Below, one piece after another: positions 10,401-19,400 of a stretch of DNA of 64,000 nt. Source of the DNA: an uncultured Methanolobus sp. (GTDB taxonomy: Archaea; Halobacteriota; Methanosarcinia; Methanosarcinales; Methanosarcinaceae); assembly GCA_963675495.1 (NCBI GenBank), contig OY776215.1:224001-288000 (forward strand). Direction: 5' to 3'. The notes below the pieces were generated by a model. That model was given only the letters and a program-made list of their open reading frames with translations. It made no database searches and was not told where the DNA came from. The translations under genes and the position numbers were made by a program. Each line of letters starts with the position of its first letter. Positions within the stretch are counted from its first letter, which is position 1.

Positions 10401-13400
10401 CGATCTGTACGGTTACACGGATGCTGATGAAGCTACAACGAAAGCAATAGATGCCGACACCGGCCAGCGTATCGACCTGAACTCGGCCAAGACACTCTCT
10501 CGCAGGTTAGGAGTGACCTACAAAGAACTGGTGGACATCATTCAGACCGGATTTATCAATCCAAAACTCGCAGAGATGGCACTCCTTTACAAACTGGGTG
10601 TAACTGTTCAGGATGTACTGCTCTACAGAGACCACAAGCAGCTCCTGGAAGAAGACCAAAGCACTTTGTCGCCAAAAGATCAAATGCTGCTTGAGGAAAT
10701 TAAGGCATTTGAAGAGCGTTTGGACAACCTGAGTGTAACATTCCAGGCTTCAGGCTTCGATGCCAAAGCCTGGATGAACAATGCACTGGATAACAATATC
10801 TTCGATGACATCCTGACACTGACTGATACGGATGGAAGTTTTAACTTCGATCAGACAACTCTCTGCTATTCATTCCGTCAGGCAGAGAATGATCGACAAG
10901 CAGACCCTTTTGCATTTCTAAAGATAAACCTATTCGTTCGTTTATGGCGTAAACTGGGCTGGACCATTGAAGAAACCGACTGTGCCTTGCAGGCTTTTGT
11001 GCCCAAGAATACTCCATATGATGAGCTCCATCTTTCCACATCGCCCCTCAAGACCGCACTTATCTACCTATCCCATCTCAAAGCGCTTGATGAGAAATTG
11101 CATGTCGGAAAACAAAGTCGAATGAAGTTGATTACCTTGTGGTCAGACCTTAACACCAAGGGTAAGAATTCACTCTATGCGCAGCTTTTCCTTACACAGA
11201 GTATGTTAAAAAGTGGAGAAGTTTTTGATGATGTAACAAAGAAGTACATGTCGGTTTTTGATGATCCACTTGGTCAATACCTATCAAAAGTTAGTTTAGA
11301 TACGATGGCGGAACGAATTAAATTCGCAGTTAGTAAAGATAATGTCAAGTTGGCTGACAAAATTAATCCCACTGCCTTCTCTGATTGGTCACAACTGTCT
11401 ATCGACTATGATGAACATCGAGAAATTCAAAGTCTTGCCTATAGGGGAGTGTTGACCAACGAAGACAAAGAACAATTGGAAAAATTATCATCTTCAACGA
11501 TTTTAGAGTCGCTGCTGGGTGCTGTCAAAAACAAGGCTGAAGAATTCAAACTTATCGAAGGCCACTTGCTTGCACTCCAAGGTGGGCTTTGTCTCACTGC
11601 CGATGATATCGACTGTATTCTCACGGATGCAGGTCAATCCATCGAAAAAAGTAAATTGTCCCTTGAAAACGTCTCTTTGCTCTACCGCTACGGTTTACTG
11701 GCCAACGCCCTCAAACTCTCTGTTCAAGAGTTGATCACTCTCAAAACCCTCTCAGGTATCAATCCCTTCAAACCGCTACTTTCTGTTCCTCTAACAAAGA
11801 TTGAAGATGATCATCCTTTCTCCCAGACCCTACGTTTTGTGGAGGTGGTAGAGGAGATCAAAGAAAGTGGATTGAACATCGAGGACCTAGATTACTTGTT
11901 ACTCCATCAAATTGAAGATCCAGTTGGAAAATACCGCCCCGATAAAGAAACCATGCTGGCACTGATGAAGACGCTGGCAGAAGGTATCCGTTCGATTCGC
12001 ACCGAACATGCTGTGCCTGAAGATGCAGGTGCAATCAATGAAGAAACCCTGCGGCAAAAACTTGGAATAATATTTCCATCCGATGTCGTTGATCGCTTTT
12101 TGTCCATGATGAACGGAACCGCAGAATTTACCGCGATCATAAACTATGTGGATTCTAAAATAGGGTTAGATCCAGAAGAATTTACTGGTGAACCATCCAT
12201 TCTTCATGTCAGTTATAACGAAACGAAACATGAGCAGAAACTTACTTTCCGTGGTGTGCTATTCAATAAAAAGAAAACAGCACTTGAAAGAAAATATTCT
12301 TCTGAATTGTTTATGAAGCTTCTAGATGAGATCCAAAATAAACAGAAACAATTCTTCAAAAAATACATGCAGGTATTTTTCGACGACTATAATCAGTTAT
12401 TTTCCGGCAATCCCCCTGAACTGATCAAATCAGAGAAACGGATTGAACTGTTATGGGCTCTAAAATCACACATTGGTGCCCCCGTATTACTCACCGAAGA
12501 TATATTAAAAACACACCTGGGATCAGTATTACCTCCTGATATTGCAGACACTTTCCTAAAAATGCTGGATGGTGATATAGAATATGTTGCTGTTCAAAAG
12601 AATGTTGAACCATCTGACAAGCTTGACCAAAATGATTTTGAAAAGCTAAAAATCGATGTAAGTTATGATGAGGAGAACAAAAAGCAGACTTTGACCTACA
12701 AAGGAGTACTGCTGGAAGCAAAAAGTATAGTGCTCAAGGAAAAATGTCCGAAGCCACTGTTTGCAAAGCTGCTTGATGATATTCAGAACCAAGCAAGAGA
12801 TTTCTATGAACAGAACCTACTTGGTATTTTTTCGAGTGACGATTTCAAAATGCTGTTCACTCCAATACACCCCAGTTTAAATGAGAAGGAGAAAGAAAAA
12901 TTAAGAGAAGAAAAAGATGCAATGTTGGAAAAAGCATTGCTTTTCTATATTTTGATTGTTGATTCGTCCCTCTTTTCAGAAAAATCGCTCAAAGATAATC
13001 TTAAATCAACAAGGCCGCTTGAAGTAGTTCCAGACACTTTCCTAAAAATGCTGGATGGTGATATAGAATATGTTGCTGTTCAAAAGAATGTTGTACCATC
13101 TGACAAGCTTGACCAAAATGATTTTGAAAAGCTAAAAATCGATGTAAGTTATGATGAGGAGAAGAAAAAGCAGACTTTGACCTACAAAGGAGTACTGCTG
13201 GAAGCAAAAAGTATAGTGCTCAAGGAAAAATGTCCGAAGCCACTGTTTGCAAAGCTGCTTGATGATATTCAGAACCAAGCAAGAGATTTCTATGAACAGA
13301 ACCTGCAAAATTTCCTTTTAGATAATGTATTCAATTTGTTGTTCATGGTCGTCCCAACAGGCTTAAACGAGACCTTGAAACAAAGCATAATACGCAAGCA

Positions 13401-16400
13401 GCGAACCACTTTGATTGATGCGTTCTTGCCATTCCAACAGCAGCAATTGATTAAGCAATTCATTATACAGACACTGACAGCTCAGACAGGCGCTGACCCA
13501 GTATTGATGGAGAGTCTGCTCACCGATGCTCGGCTGCTCAGAGAGACAAAAACAACAGATAATCCACAGCCTTTACTGAATGCTTTCACAGGTTTGGTGG
13601 ATAAAGATGAAATTTTGTTCAAGCCAGATGAGACAAACAGTGCTCTATTTGAAGGCTATCTGGAAGTCCCAGCGCCTGGACCTTATAGATTCTACATAGA
13701 ACGGGATAAGCAAGACACTGATGTTGAGTTACGCTTCGATCATTTACCAAATCCTTTGTTCTTAAGTGGCACAGAGGCTGATGAGATGAATGAGATCAGT
13801 GATTTCCTTGAACTAAAACCGGGGATACTCTATCGCTTCAGCCTGAAACTAAAGGGACGGAGCAGAGGTGACGTGCGGTTCATGGTGCAGGGTGAAAACC
13901 TGCCCAAGGATAATCTGGCACAACAACTTACGTTTTATCCATTGAATGTTATTGAGCGTGGTGAACATGCCTGGATCCTGCTAAATAAGGTATTACATCT
14001 CACCCAGAATCTCAATTTGAATGAGCGTGAGATGCGCTACCTGCTCACGCACGTTGCTGACTTTGACAAACTGAACCTCAGCAAATTACCCACTCAGGAA
14101 AGCAAAGATACATCATCCGAAGCAATAGAACTTTTTACACTGTTTCTACATCTGGCCAGATATGCCCATGTCAAGCGTAATCTGGCAGGTGGCATGGATG
14201 ATCTCATAGGCGTATTTGAAGCAAATGAAGTTGATAATATGGATGAAGTCTATAAGCTGATCGCCAATATTACGCGGCGTGACGAGTCAACGGTCAAGGA
14301 TACTGCTAACGTCTTATTTACCACGCCCGCTTTTGCAGATGAACTGGCAGTGCAGCGATTGTGGGAGGCACTACAAATCATCGAGCGCATTGGGGTGTCC
14401 GTTACCACCATTGTTGAATGGACCCAGATAGTCAATATGTCTACACCCGAGAAGCGCTTCTCCATAGCTCGCGATATGAAGGAAGCGATTAAAATACACT
14501 TTGAGCCTGAGACATGGCTACGCGTCGCTCGCCCCATCTTCAATAAGCTACGTCAGTATCAGCGTGATGCACTGGTTGCTTACGTCATGCACCAGCAAGA
14601 GTTCACACGCATAGAGCAGCTTTACGAGTATTTCCTGATTGATCCTGGCATGGAACCAGTTGTACAAACTTCTCGCATTCGCCTAGCGATTGCGTCAGTG
14701 CAGTTGTTCATCCAGCGCTGCCTACTCAATCTTGAAAAGGATGTGCATCCATCGGTCATAAACTCCAGAAAGTGGGAATGGATGAAGCGTTACCGCGTTT
14801 GGGAAGCAAACCGTAAGATATTCCTTTTCCCAGAAAACTGGTTAGAGCCTGAGTTCCGTGATGACAAGACGAATCTATTTAGCGAATTAGAAGGCAACCT
14901 CTTGCAGGGTGATGTATCCAGTGATCTTGTTGAAGATGCATTTCTTAATTACCTGAAAAAACTGGAAGAACTGGCCAGACTGGATATCGTAGCTATGCAT
15001 CTGGAGGACAAGGCAGACCCCACTTTGAACACCCTACACGTGATAGGGCGTACCTACAGCCAGCCCAATAAGTATTTCTATCGTCACTATACCCACCAGG
15101 TATGGACACCGTGGGAACCAGTGACTGCTGAAATAGAAGGTGACCACTTGGCACCGATTGTGTGGCGCAACCGGTTGTATTTGTTCTGGGTGACATTTAT
15201 GGACAAGGCGGATCAGGCTCCTACCACGGAATCTTCAAATGATGATTGCCAAAACGAGACGGACGAGAATGAAGATGATCCTAAATTGTCTAATCTAAAA
15301 CTATCAAAAATGATGACATACCTGAAATCTCAGGTTAGCAAGAAGAAAGTAGAAGTACAACTTCACTGGAGCGAATATCTCCAAGGTGAATGGAGTACCC
15401 GTGAGTCCGGCAGCTTTTCTGCTTCGATCTCAAAAGCTGTTGATAGCACTTTTAATCCCAAGTCGGTATTCATTCATGTTTCCAAAGAACAATACGAAAA
15501 TGGTGAAGAGCGCGGAGTATACATCCACCTGGGAGGTGACATAAACCAGGCATTTTACTTGGCTGGTCGAAACAGCATCCCAGAACCAAGTATTCGTGAA
15601 CATGAACCCACAATGCCTTATATTCATACCGGTGTGAATGCTAATCGTTATTCGGCCAGAGACGCACTCACGGTTGAATTTAAGGGGCGTATCATCACAG
15701 AAAATGAAAAAACACCAGTATATACGGTAGAAACACCAAGCATCCTACAGAGGGGTGGAGGATACACACTGCTACCGTGTAACAACAATATTACGCTCAG
15801 TGCTCCAGATGCAAACCGTTCAACGGCGGTTGCCAAGGCTATCGAGACTGGCTTCTCCGAGATTGTGTCGCTGATGAAACCAATATTTTACCAGGACAAC
15901 GCTCACACATTTTATATCGAACCCAACGTTATCGAGCGCACCATTGAAGAATGGAATGAGTGGGTGGTACGCACACCCCAACCAGAGCAAGAATATAATC
16001 ATCAGGAATGGTGGAATAACGTTGCTGTAATCCCAGCGACACCAAAAGATCAGTTGTCTATAGATCTAACCACTACTGTCTGCCGCTCTCCTGAATCGAT
16101 TACTGATGTTGAGGCAGGAATGGATTGGCTGAATAATTCATTCACATGTGTCTTTTTAGATGGTGATTTAATTGGACCACGTGGCTTGATGGAAATGAAT
16201 GTACGAGATCTGATCGAATCCGCAGAATCCTTAGCACGAATTCAGTTGGTAAATATCCACACTGGCAGTGAATTCGTATCTGATAAAACTGTTTTGACTG
16301 TGGAAAAGGATGCATTTGACCAGGCTGGTCTTGTTCAAGATGCTGGCGGGATAAATGTGGTTGGAAGTAGTGGATTCAGCTCTGCACTGGAACAGAACTT

Positions 16401-16464
16401 TACTGCGCACAAGCTAGGCTTCAGTACGAATAAAGTAGACAATCGATCTGTCAGGAGGGATTAA
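7486..16464 (+). CDS. Tc toxin subunit A, N-terminal part (PG-binding-like domain, prealbumin-like beta-sandwiches, VRP1/TcA helical shell, PA14-like and neuraminidase-like domains)
   Basis: PTLESLFGSMDFCECEHCRSVLSPAAYLVDLL, RRPDI, LYEYFLIDP..TSRIRLAIASVQLFIQRCLLNLE, WEWMKRYRVWEANRKIFLFPENWLEPEFRDDKT and WTPWEPV are typical TcA/TcaA motifs. GGTGA RBS before the ATG. Confidence 0.92.
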   Translation: MNMNEITFPLGPEMRGSDVTNLQNALLLFLDLSIFLQGDEDTKKYLSDAVKSENNKQTYYKATHELVKIFQEEQKLKVSGNVDKATASVINATLRKIGLLDEQKKVTSIGTFDKKYTVICQVIDLQDNPIIGLQVQAFDHDPISPHEPLGEMLTTNDGGIANIHFRQSDLTEHPEGEGPNIYFKVYRKNTLLEYTLPKDENDNGVLQGFKTQHDPITIQIEKHHVVKGYIVLENGVPAQNLELLIYNREFGEKDGLLIDKTKTNNKGHYTLTYNPDGEIHNLDVRIRDPKDPQKEIPLAKTRFNASSYEVLNLVAPALSLQSEYQRLKMDLKSHVSDMNKLTDVVENTEQRDLTILNRATGWDARLIALASVAAKLNAESDIGLSQEVLYGLFRVGLPFDKHQLAQVSVEAVDLALKKGREAGIIDLSDSQLKNAKEQFETFSLNTRLEIPAPGSQSTYNDLLNSVNLDKKTRDKFASLFLKHRGDAAQLWEEAANNNIESEDIKVLQLQGKLAFLTRNSKTMTNLLQEKMEVSDPVELVEQSYYKPEIWKAKINDLAGIEELIPLAYEAENVDDRLNAYAEDMARKVRLSYPTQVIRHMIEQDEDDELFKLGSARLATAALLKKAVTLGFRFGQTPVEAFLRDHHDKLNDIDTNEFESAKQGMKTLQCVYQLTPDNESMIVLLNSGLTSAYDVGAFSQKEFLKSYGHKFPSLEQAKLIHRKAEQVSNVTHNLLTIFKKLDSDVTIYGMSAPEEVRENTKKELIKQFPTLESLFGSMDFCECEHCRSVLSPAAYLVDLLQFIDDEKKPYDVLIERRPDIPHIPLTCENTNIALPYIDVVNEILEYYVANNKELDEKAAYDTGNATTEELMAEPQNVITKAYDELQKARYPLNLPFDLWIDTVRQFCNHFETPLWKLLEVFRKGDELSVHTQPYDWEAIFIESLGMSPAEYAIFTDQDPLDEWYEPDPHDKWYDLYGYTDADEATTKAIDADTGQRIDLNSAKTLSRRLGVTYKELVDIIQTGFINPKLAEMALLYKLGVTVQDVLLYRDHKQLLEEDQSTLSPKDQMLLEEIKAFEERLDNLSVTFQASGFDAKAWMNNALDNNIFDDILTLTDTDGSFNFDQTTLCYSFRQAENDRQADPFAFLKINLFVRLWRKLGWTIEETDCALQAFVPKNTPYDELHLSTSPLKTALIYLSHLKALDEKLHVGKQSRMKLITLWSDLNTKGKNSLYAQLFLTQSMLKSGEVFDDVTKKYMSVFDDPLGQYLSKVSLDTMAERIKFAVSKDNVKLADKINPTAFSDWSQLSIDYDEHREIQSLAYRGVLTNEDKEQLEKLSSSTILESLLGAVKNKAEEFKLIEGHLLALQGGLCLTADDIDCILTDAGQSIEKSKLSLENVSLLYRYGLLANALKLSVQELITLKTLSGINPFKPLLSVPLTKIEDDHPFSQTLRFVEVVEEIKESGLNIEDLDYLLLHQIEDPVGKYRPDKETMLALMKTLAEGIRSIRTEHAVPEDAGAINEETLRQKLGIIFPSDVVDRFLSMMNGTAEFTAIINYVDSKIGLDPEEFTGEPSILHVSYNETKHEQKLTFRGVLFNKKKTALERKYSSELFMKLLDEIQNKQKQFFKKYMQVFFDDYNQLFSGNPPELIKSEKRIELLWALKSHIGAPVLLTEDILKTHLGSVLPPDIADTFLKMLDGDIEYVAVQKNVEPSDKLDQNDFEKLKIDVSYDEENKKQTLTYKGVLLEAKSIVLKEKCPKPLFAKLLDDIQNQARDFYEQNLLGIFSSDDFKMLFTPIHPSLNEKEKEKLREEKDAMLEKALLFYILIVDSSLFSEKSLKDNLKSTRPLEVVPDTFLKMLDGDIEYVAVQKNVVPSDKLDQNDFEKLKIDVSYDEEKKKQTLTYKGVLLEAKSIVLKEKCPKPLFAKLLDDIQNQARDFYEQNLQNFLLDNVFNLLFMVVPTGLNETLKQSIIRKQRTTLIDAFLPFQQQQLIKQFIIQTLTAQTGADPVLMESLLTDARLLRETKTTDNPQPLLNAFTGLVDKDEILFKPDETNSALFEGYLEVPAPGPYRFYIERDKQDTDVELRFDHLPNPLFLSGTEADEMNEISDFLELKPGILYRFSLKLKGRSRGDVRFMVQGENLPKDNLAQQLTFYPLNVIERGEHAWILLNKVLHLTQNLNLNEREMRYLLTHVADFDKLNLSKLPTQESKDTSSEAIELFTLFLHLARYAHVKRNLAGGMDDLIGVFEANEVDNMDEVYKLIANITRRDESTVKDTANVLFTTPAFADELAVQRLWEALQIIERIGVSVTTIVEWTQIVNMSTPEKRFSIARDMKEAIKIHFEPETWLRVARPIFNKLRQYQRDALVAYVMHQQEFTRIEQLYEYFLIDPGMEPVVQTSRIRLAIASVQLFIQRCLLNLEKDVHPSVINSRKWEWMKRYRVWEANRKIFLFPENWLEPEFRDDKTNLFSELEGNLLQGDVSSDLVEDAFLNYLKKLEELARLDIVAMHLEDKADPTLNTLHVIGRTYSQPNKYFYRHYTHQVWTPWEPVTAEIEGDHLAPIVWRNRLYLFWVTFMDKADQAPTTESSNDDCQNETDENEDDPKLSNLKLSKMMTYLKSQVSKKKVEVQLHWSEYLQGEWSTRESGSFSASISKAVDSTFNPKSVFIHVSKEQYENGEERGVYIHLGGDINQAFYLAGRNSIPEPSIREHEPTMPYIHTGVNANRYSARDALTVEFKGRIITENEKTPVYTVETPSILQRGGGYTLLPCNNNITLSAPDANRSTAVAKAIETGFSEIVSLMKPIFYQDNAHTFYIEPNVIERTIEEWNEWVVRTPQPEQEYNHQEWWNNVAVIPATPKDQLSIDLTTTVCRSPESITDVEAGMDWLNNSFTCVFLDGDLIGPRGLMEMNVRDLIESAESLARIQLVNIHTGSEFVSDKTVLTVEKDAFDQAGLVQDAGGINVVGSSGFSSALEQNFTAHKLGFSTNKVDNRSVRRD
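12545..13304 (+). repeat. 274-bp near-identical intragenic direct repeat (12545-12818 and 13031-13304)
   Basis: Both copies run from cagacactttcctaaaaatgctggat to gaacagaacct, offset 486 bp (in frame). I see two differences (GAA/GTA and AAC/AAG). Confidence 0.95.
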
Positions 16465-16465
16465 A

Positions 16466-19400
16466 ATGAGCAACGAAATAAAAGGTACTAAACATTTTCA
16501 CGGACACTCAGATACCGAAACTGTTTCCAAAACAGGTCATTTTGTTGAAACAAATGAGATGAACCACTTCATCATTCAGGAGCGCGAGGTAAGCTATCGC
16601 TTCGACCCTCATTTTCATCCATATGTAGGCCAGCTGATGCAGCGGCTGCTCCAAAAGTCCACAGCCGGCTTGCAAGCGGCGGATACGGAATACAATAACG
16701 CCTCTCTTCCTGGTAGTGTCGAAGTAGAGCTAGGTAAAAATACAAGCGTGAGTATTCCCGCTGGCTCAATTATTGCACTTTTTGCCGACCTGCAAGCCAC
16801 TCTCCCGGGAGACGTACCTATTGCTCTGTCAACTAATATGCAGTTCAAAGTCACAAACACAGCACAGGTTGCAGTACCCGACGATTTGAGCGTAAAATTG
16901 ATTGATGGAATGACAGAAACTCCGATCGCAGGTACTTCATTCAATTTGTCACAGAACATGTCGGCTATTGTTGGAATTGGCATCAAGATAACCTTTGAGG
17001 TGGCAACACAGATCACGCTTCACAATGGTACTCAGGCAACTATTGCTGAGGGTACTCAGGTACTCCTTCTCAGGGATACTCAATTCACTATTCCTAACAG
17101 CACACAAGTCACACTTCTTCGTAGCCAACTAAGGCCTGTGTTGTACGCAGACATCTTTTCACCTACGCGTTACGATCCAACATCATTGGTGCAGCGCCCT
17201 TATCCGGTCAAGGACCTTGACTTCACCTTCGGTGGTGCCTACTCGATCTATAATTGGGAGTTGTTCTTCCATGTGCCGATCACTATCGCCATTCATCTTA
17301 GCAAGAACCAGCGCTTTGCTGAAGCACAGCGTTGGTTCCACTTGCTCTTTGATCCTACTGATGATAGCGATGGCCCTACTCCAGAACGTTTCTGGAAAGT
17401 ATATCCATTCCAGCATACCGATGTTAAAAAGATAGAGGAGTTACTTGTCAATCTTACCACAGATGCCGACCCGACTTTGCGTAATGAGACGATCCGCAGC
17501 ATTGAGGCCTGGAAGAATGCACCATTCCGACCACATGTCATCGCCAGCTATCGGCAGCAAGCCTATATGTATAAGACAGTGATGGCATATCTGGATAATC
17601 TGATCTCCTGGGGTGACTCCTTATTCCGTCAGGACACTGGAGAGGCCATTGACGAGGCCATGATGGTATACGTGCTGGCCGCTAATATCCTCGGCCCCCG
17701 GCCTATGTCAGTGCCCAAGAAAGGGTCGGTGCGCCCCCAGACCTATGCCAACCTGCGTTCTGATCTGGATAAGTTCGGCAATGCCATGCGTGATATAGAA
17801 GCGGATGTCCCGTTTGATTTGATGCCTTTTCCCACAGAGGAGACAGACGATAACGACCGAATGACGACAATACATAGTCTGGGCAAGGCCCTCTATTTCT
17901 GTGTGCCACGTAATGATAAGATGCTGGCCTACTGGGACACTGTGGCCGATCGCCTGTTCAAGATCCGCAACAGCCTGAACATCCAGGGTACCTTCCGTCA
18001 GTTGGCGCTTTTTGAGCCACCCATTGATCCGGCCTTGCTGGCGAGAGCAGCAGCATCCGGCCTGGATGTGGGTTCTATCATCAATGGATTGAACCAACCA
18101 TTACCTCTTGTGCGCTTCCAGTTACTGGTGCAAAAAGCAGCCGAGATTTGCCAAGAAGTCAAGTCGTTGGGTAATAATCTACTCTCTGTGATGGAGAAGG
18201 GAGACGGTGAAGCACTGGCCATTCTGCGCGCCAAGCATGAGCGTGTTGTCATGGAGATGGTCGAGCAAGTGAGGTACGGGCAACTTCAGGAAACTACCAA
18301 GTCCAAGGAGGGTTTGTTCAAGTCACTGGCTCTGGCTGTACAGCGCTACACCTACTACGAGCAACAACTGGGCAGGAAAATTGATGAGATTGAGAAGTCA
18401 ATTCCTGAATTGGGCGAGTTTGACAAAGACAGCCTGGAAAAGATGAAGTTTTCTATGGAAGAGCCGGAGATGGAATTACGTGAGATAGAGGTGGATATTG
18501 CCCAAGACTTGGGGAATGAGGGCGATGGCAGGAAATTGAATGCACAAGAGACGGAAGAGATTAAGGAGATCGAAAAATCTCGTGGAGACCAAGAGGCTGC
18601 TGCGGGAATTGACAAGATAGGCGCCACTTTAGCACTAATACCCGACTTTACGTTCAACTTCCAGCCATTTGGTGCGGGATCTTCGATTGGTTCTTATGGA
18701 GGTGGGAAACTCTTCAATGCTTCTTCTTTAATTTCCAGTTTCTGGAGATCTGACGCTGATGAGCACATTTACAAAGCAGGCAAGTCTGCTAGAATCGGAA
18801 CGTATACCCGCCGTGAGCAGGATTGGTCATTCCAAAGCAACCTTGCCGCAGGTGAGATTTCCCAGATATTCAAACAACTACGTGCGGCCCAGATTCGTGA
18901 GGCCATCGCCGAGCTGGAGTTGAAAAACCACCGGCAGCAGATGAAGCACGCCGAAGAGATCGAGCGTTTCCTGAACGAGGAAGGTACCGAGAGTAAGGGG
19001 AAGCAGACTAACAAGGCGATGTATGCCTGGATGAAACGTGAGGTAAAAGGATTATATGCACAATGCTTCCAGCTTTCCTTCGACATTGCCAAAAAAGCCG
19101 AGCGTGCCTTGCAGCATGAACTGGGCAACCCGGAACTTAGCTATCTTGAATTTGGATACCTTGCTGGAAAAGAAGGCCTGTTGGCAGGAGATAAGCTTTA
19201 CTTTGACATCAAACGTATGGAAATGGCCTACCATGACCTAAACCAGCGGGAATATGAGCTGACCAAGCATGTTAGCCTTCTTCAGGTAGACCCTCTTGCA
19301 CTGCTGCAACTACGTTCGACTGGACGGTGCACGGTGAAACTGCCTGAGGAACTGTTCGATATGGATTGCCCTGGACATTACTTCCGTCGCATCAAAACAG

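Noticed and set aside
12545-13304. 274-bp repeat pair as a DGR template/variable repeat
   Set aside because: Only two mismatches, one of them C/G rather than adenine-specific; both copies are in-frame inside one gene; no reverse transcriptase in the window.
16440-16470. TcA split as a frameshift or pseudogene
   Set aside because: The second gene has its own AGGAGG RBS and ATG right after the stop, and split TcA genes (TcaA/TcaB type) are well known.
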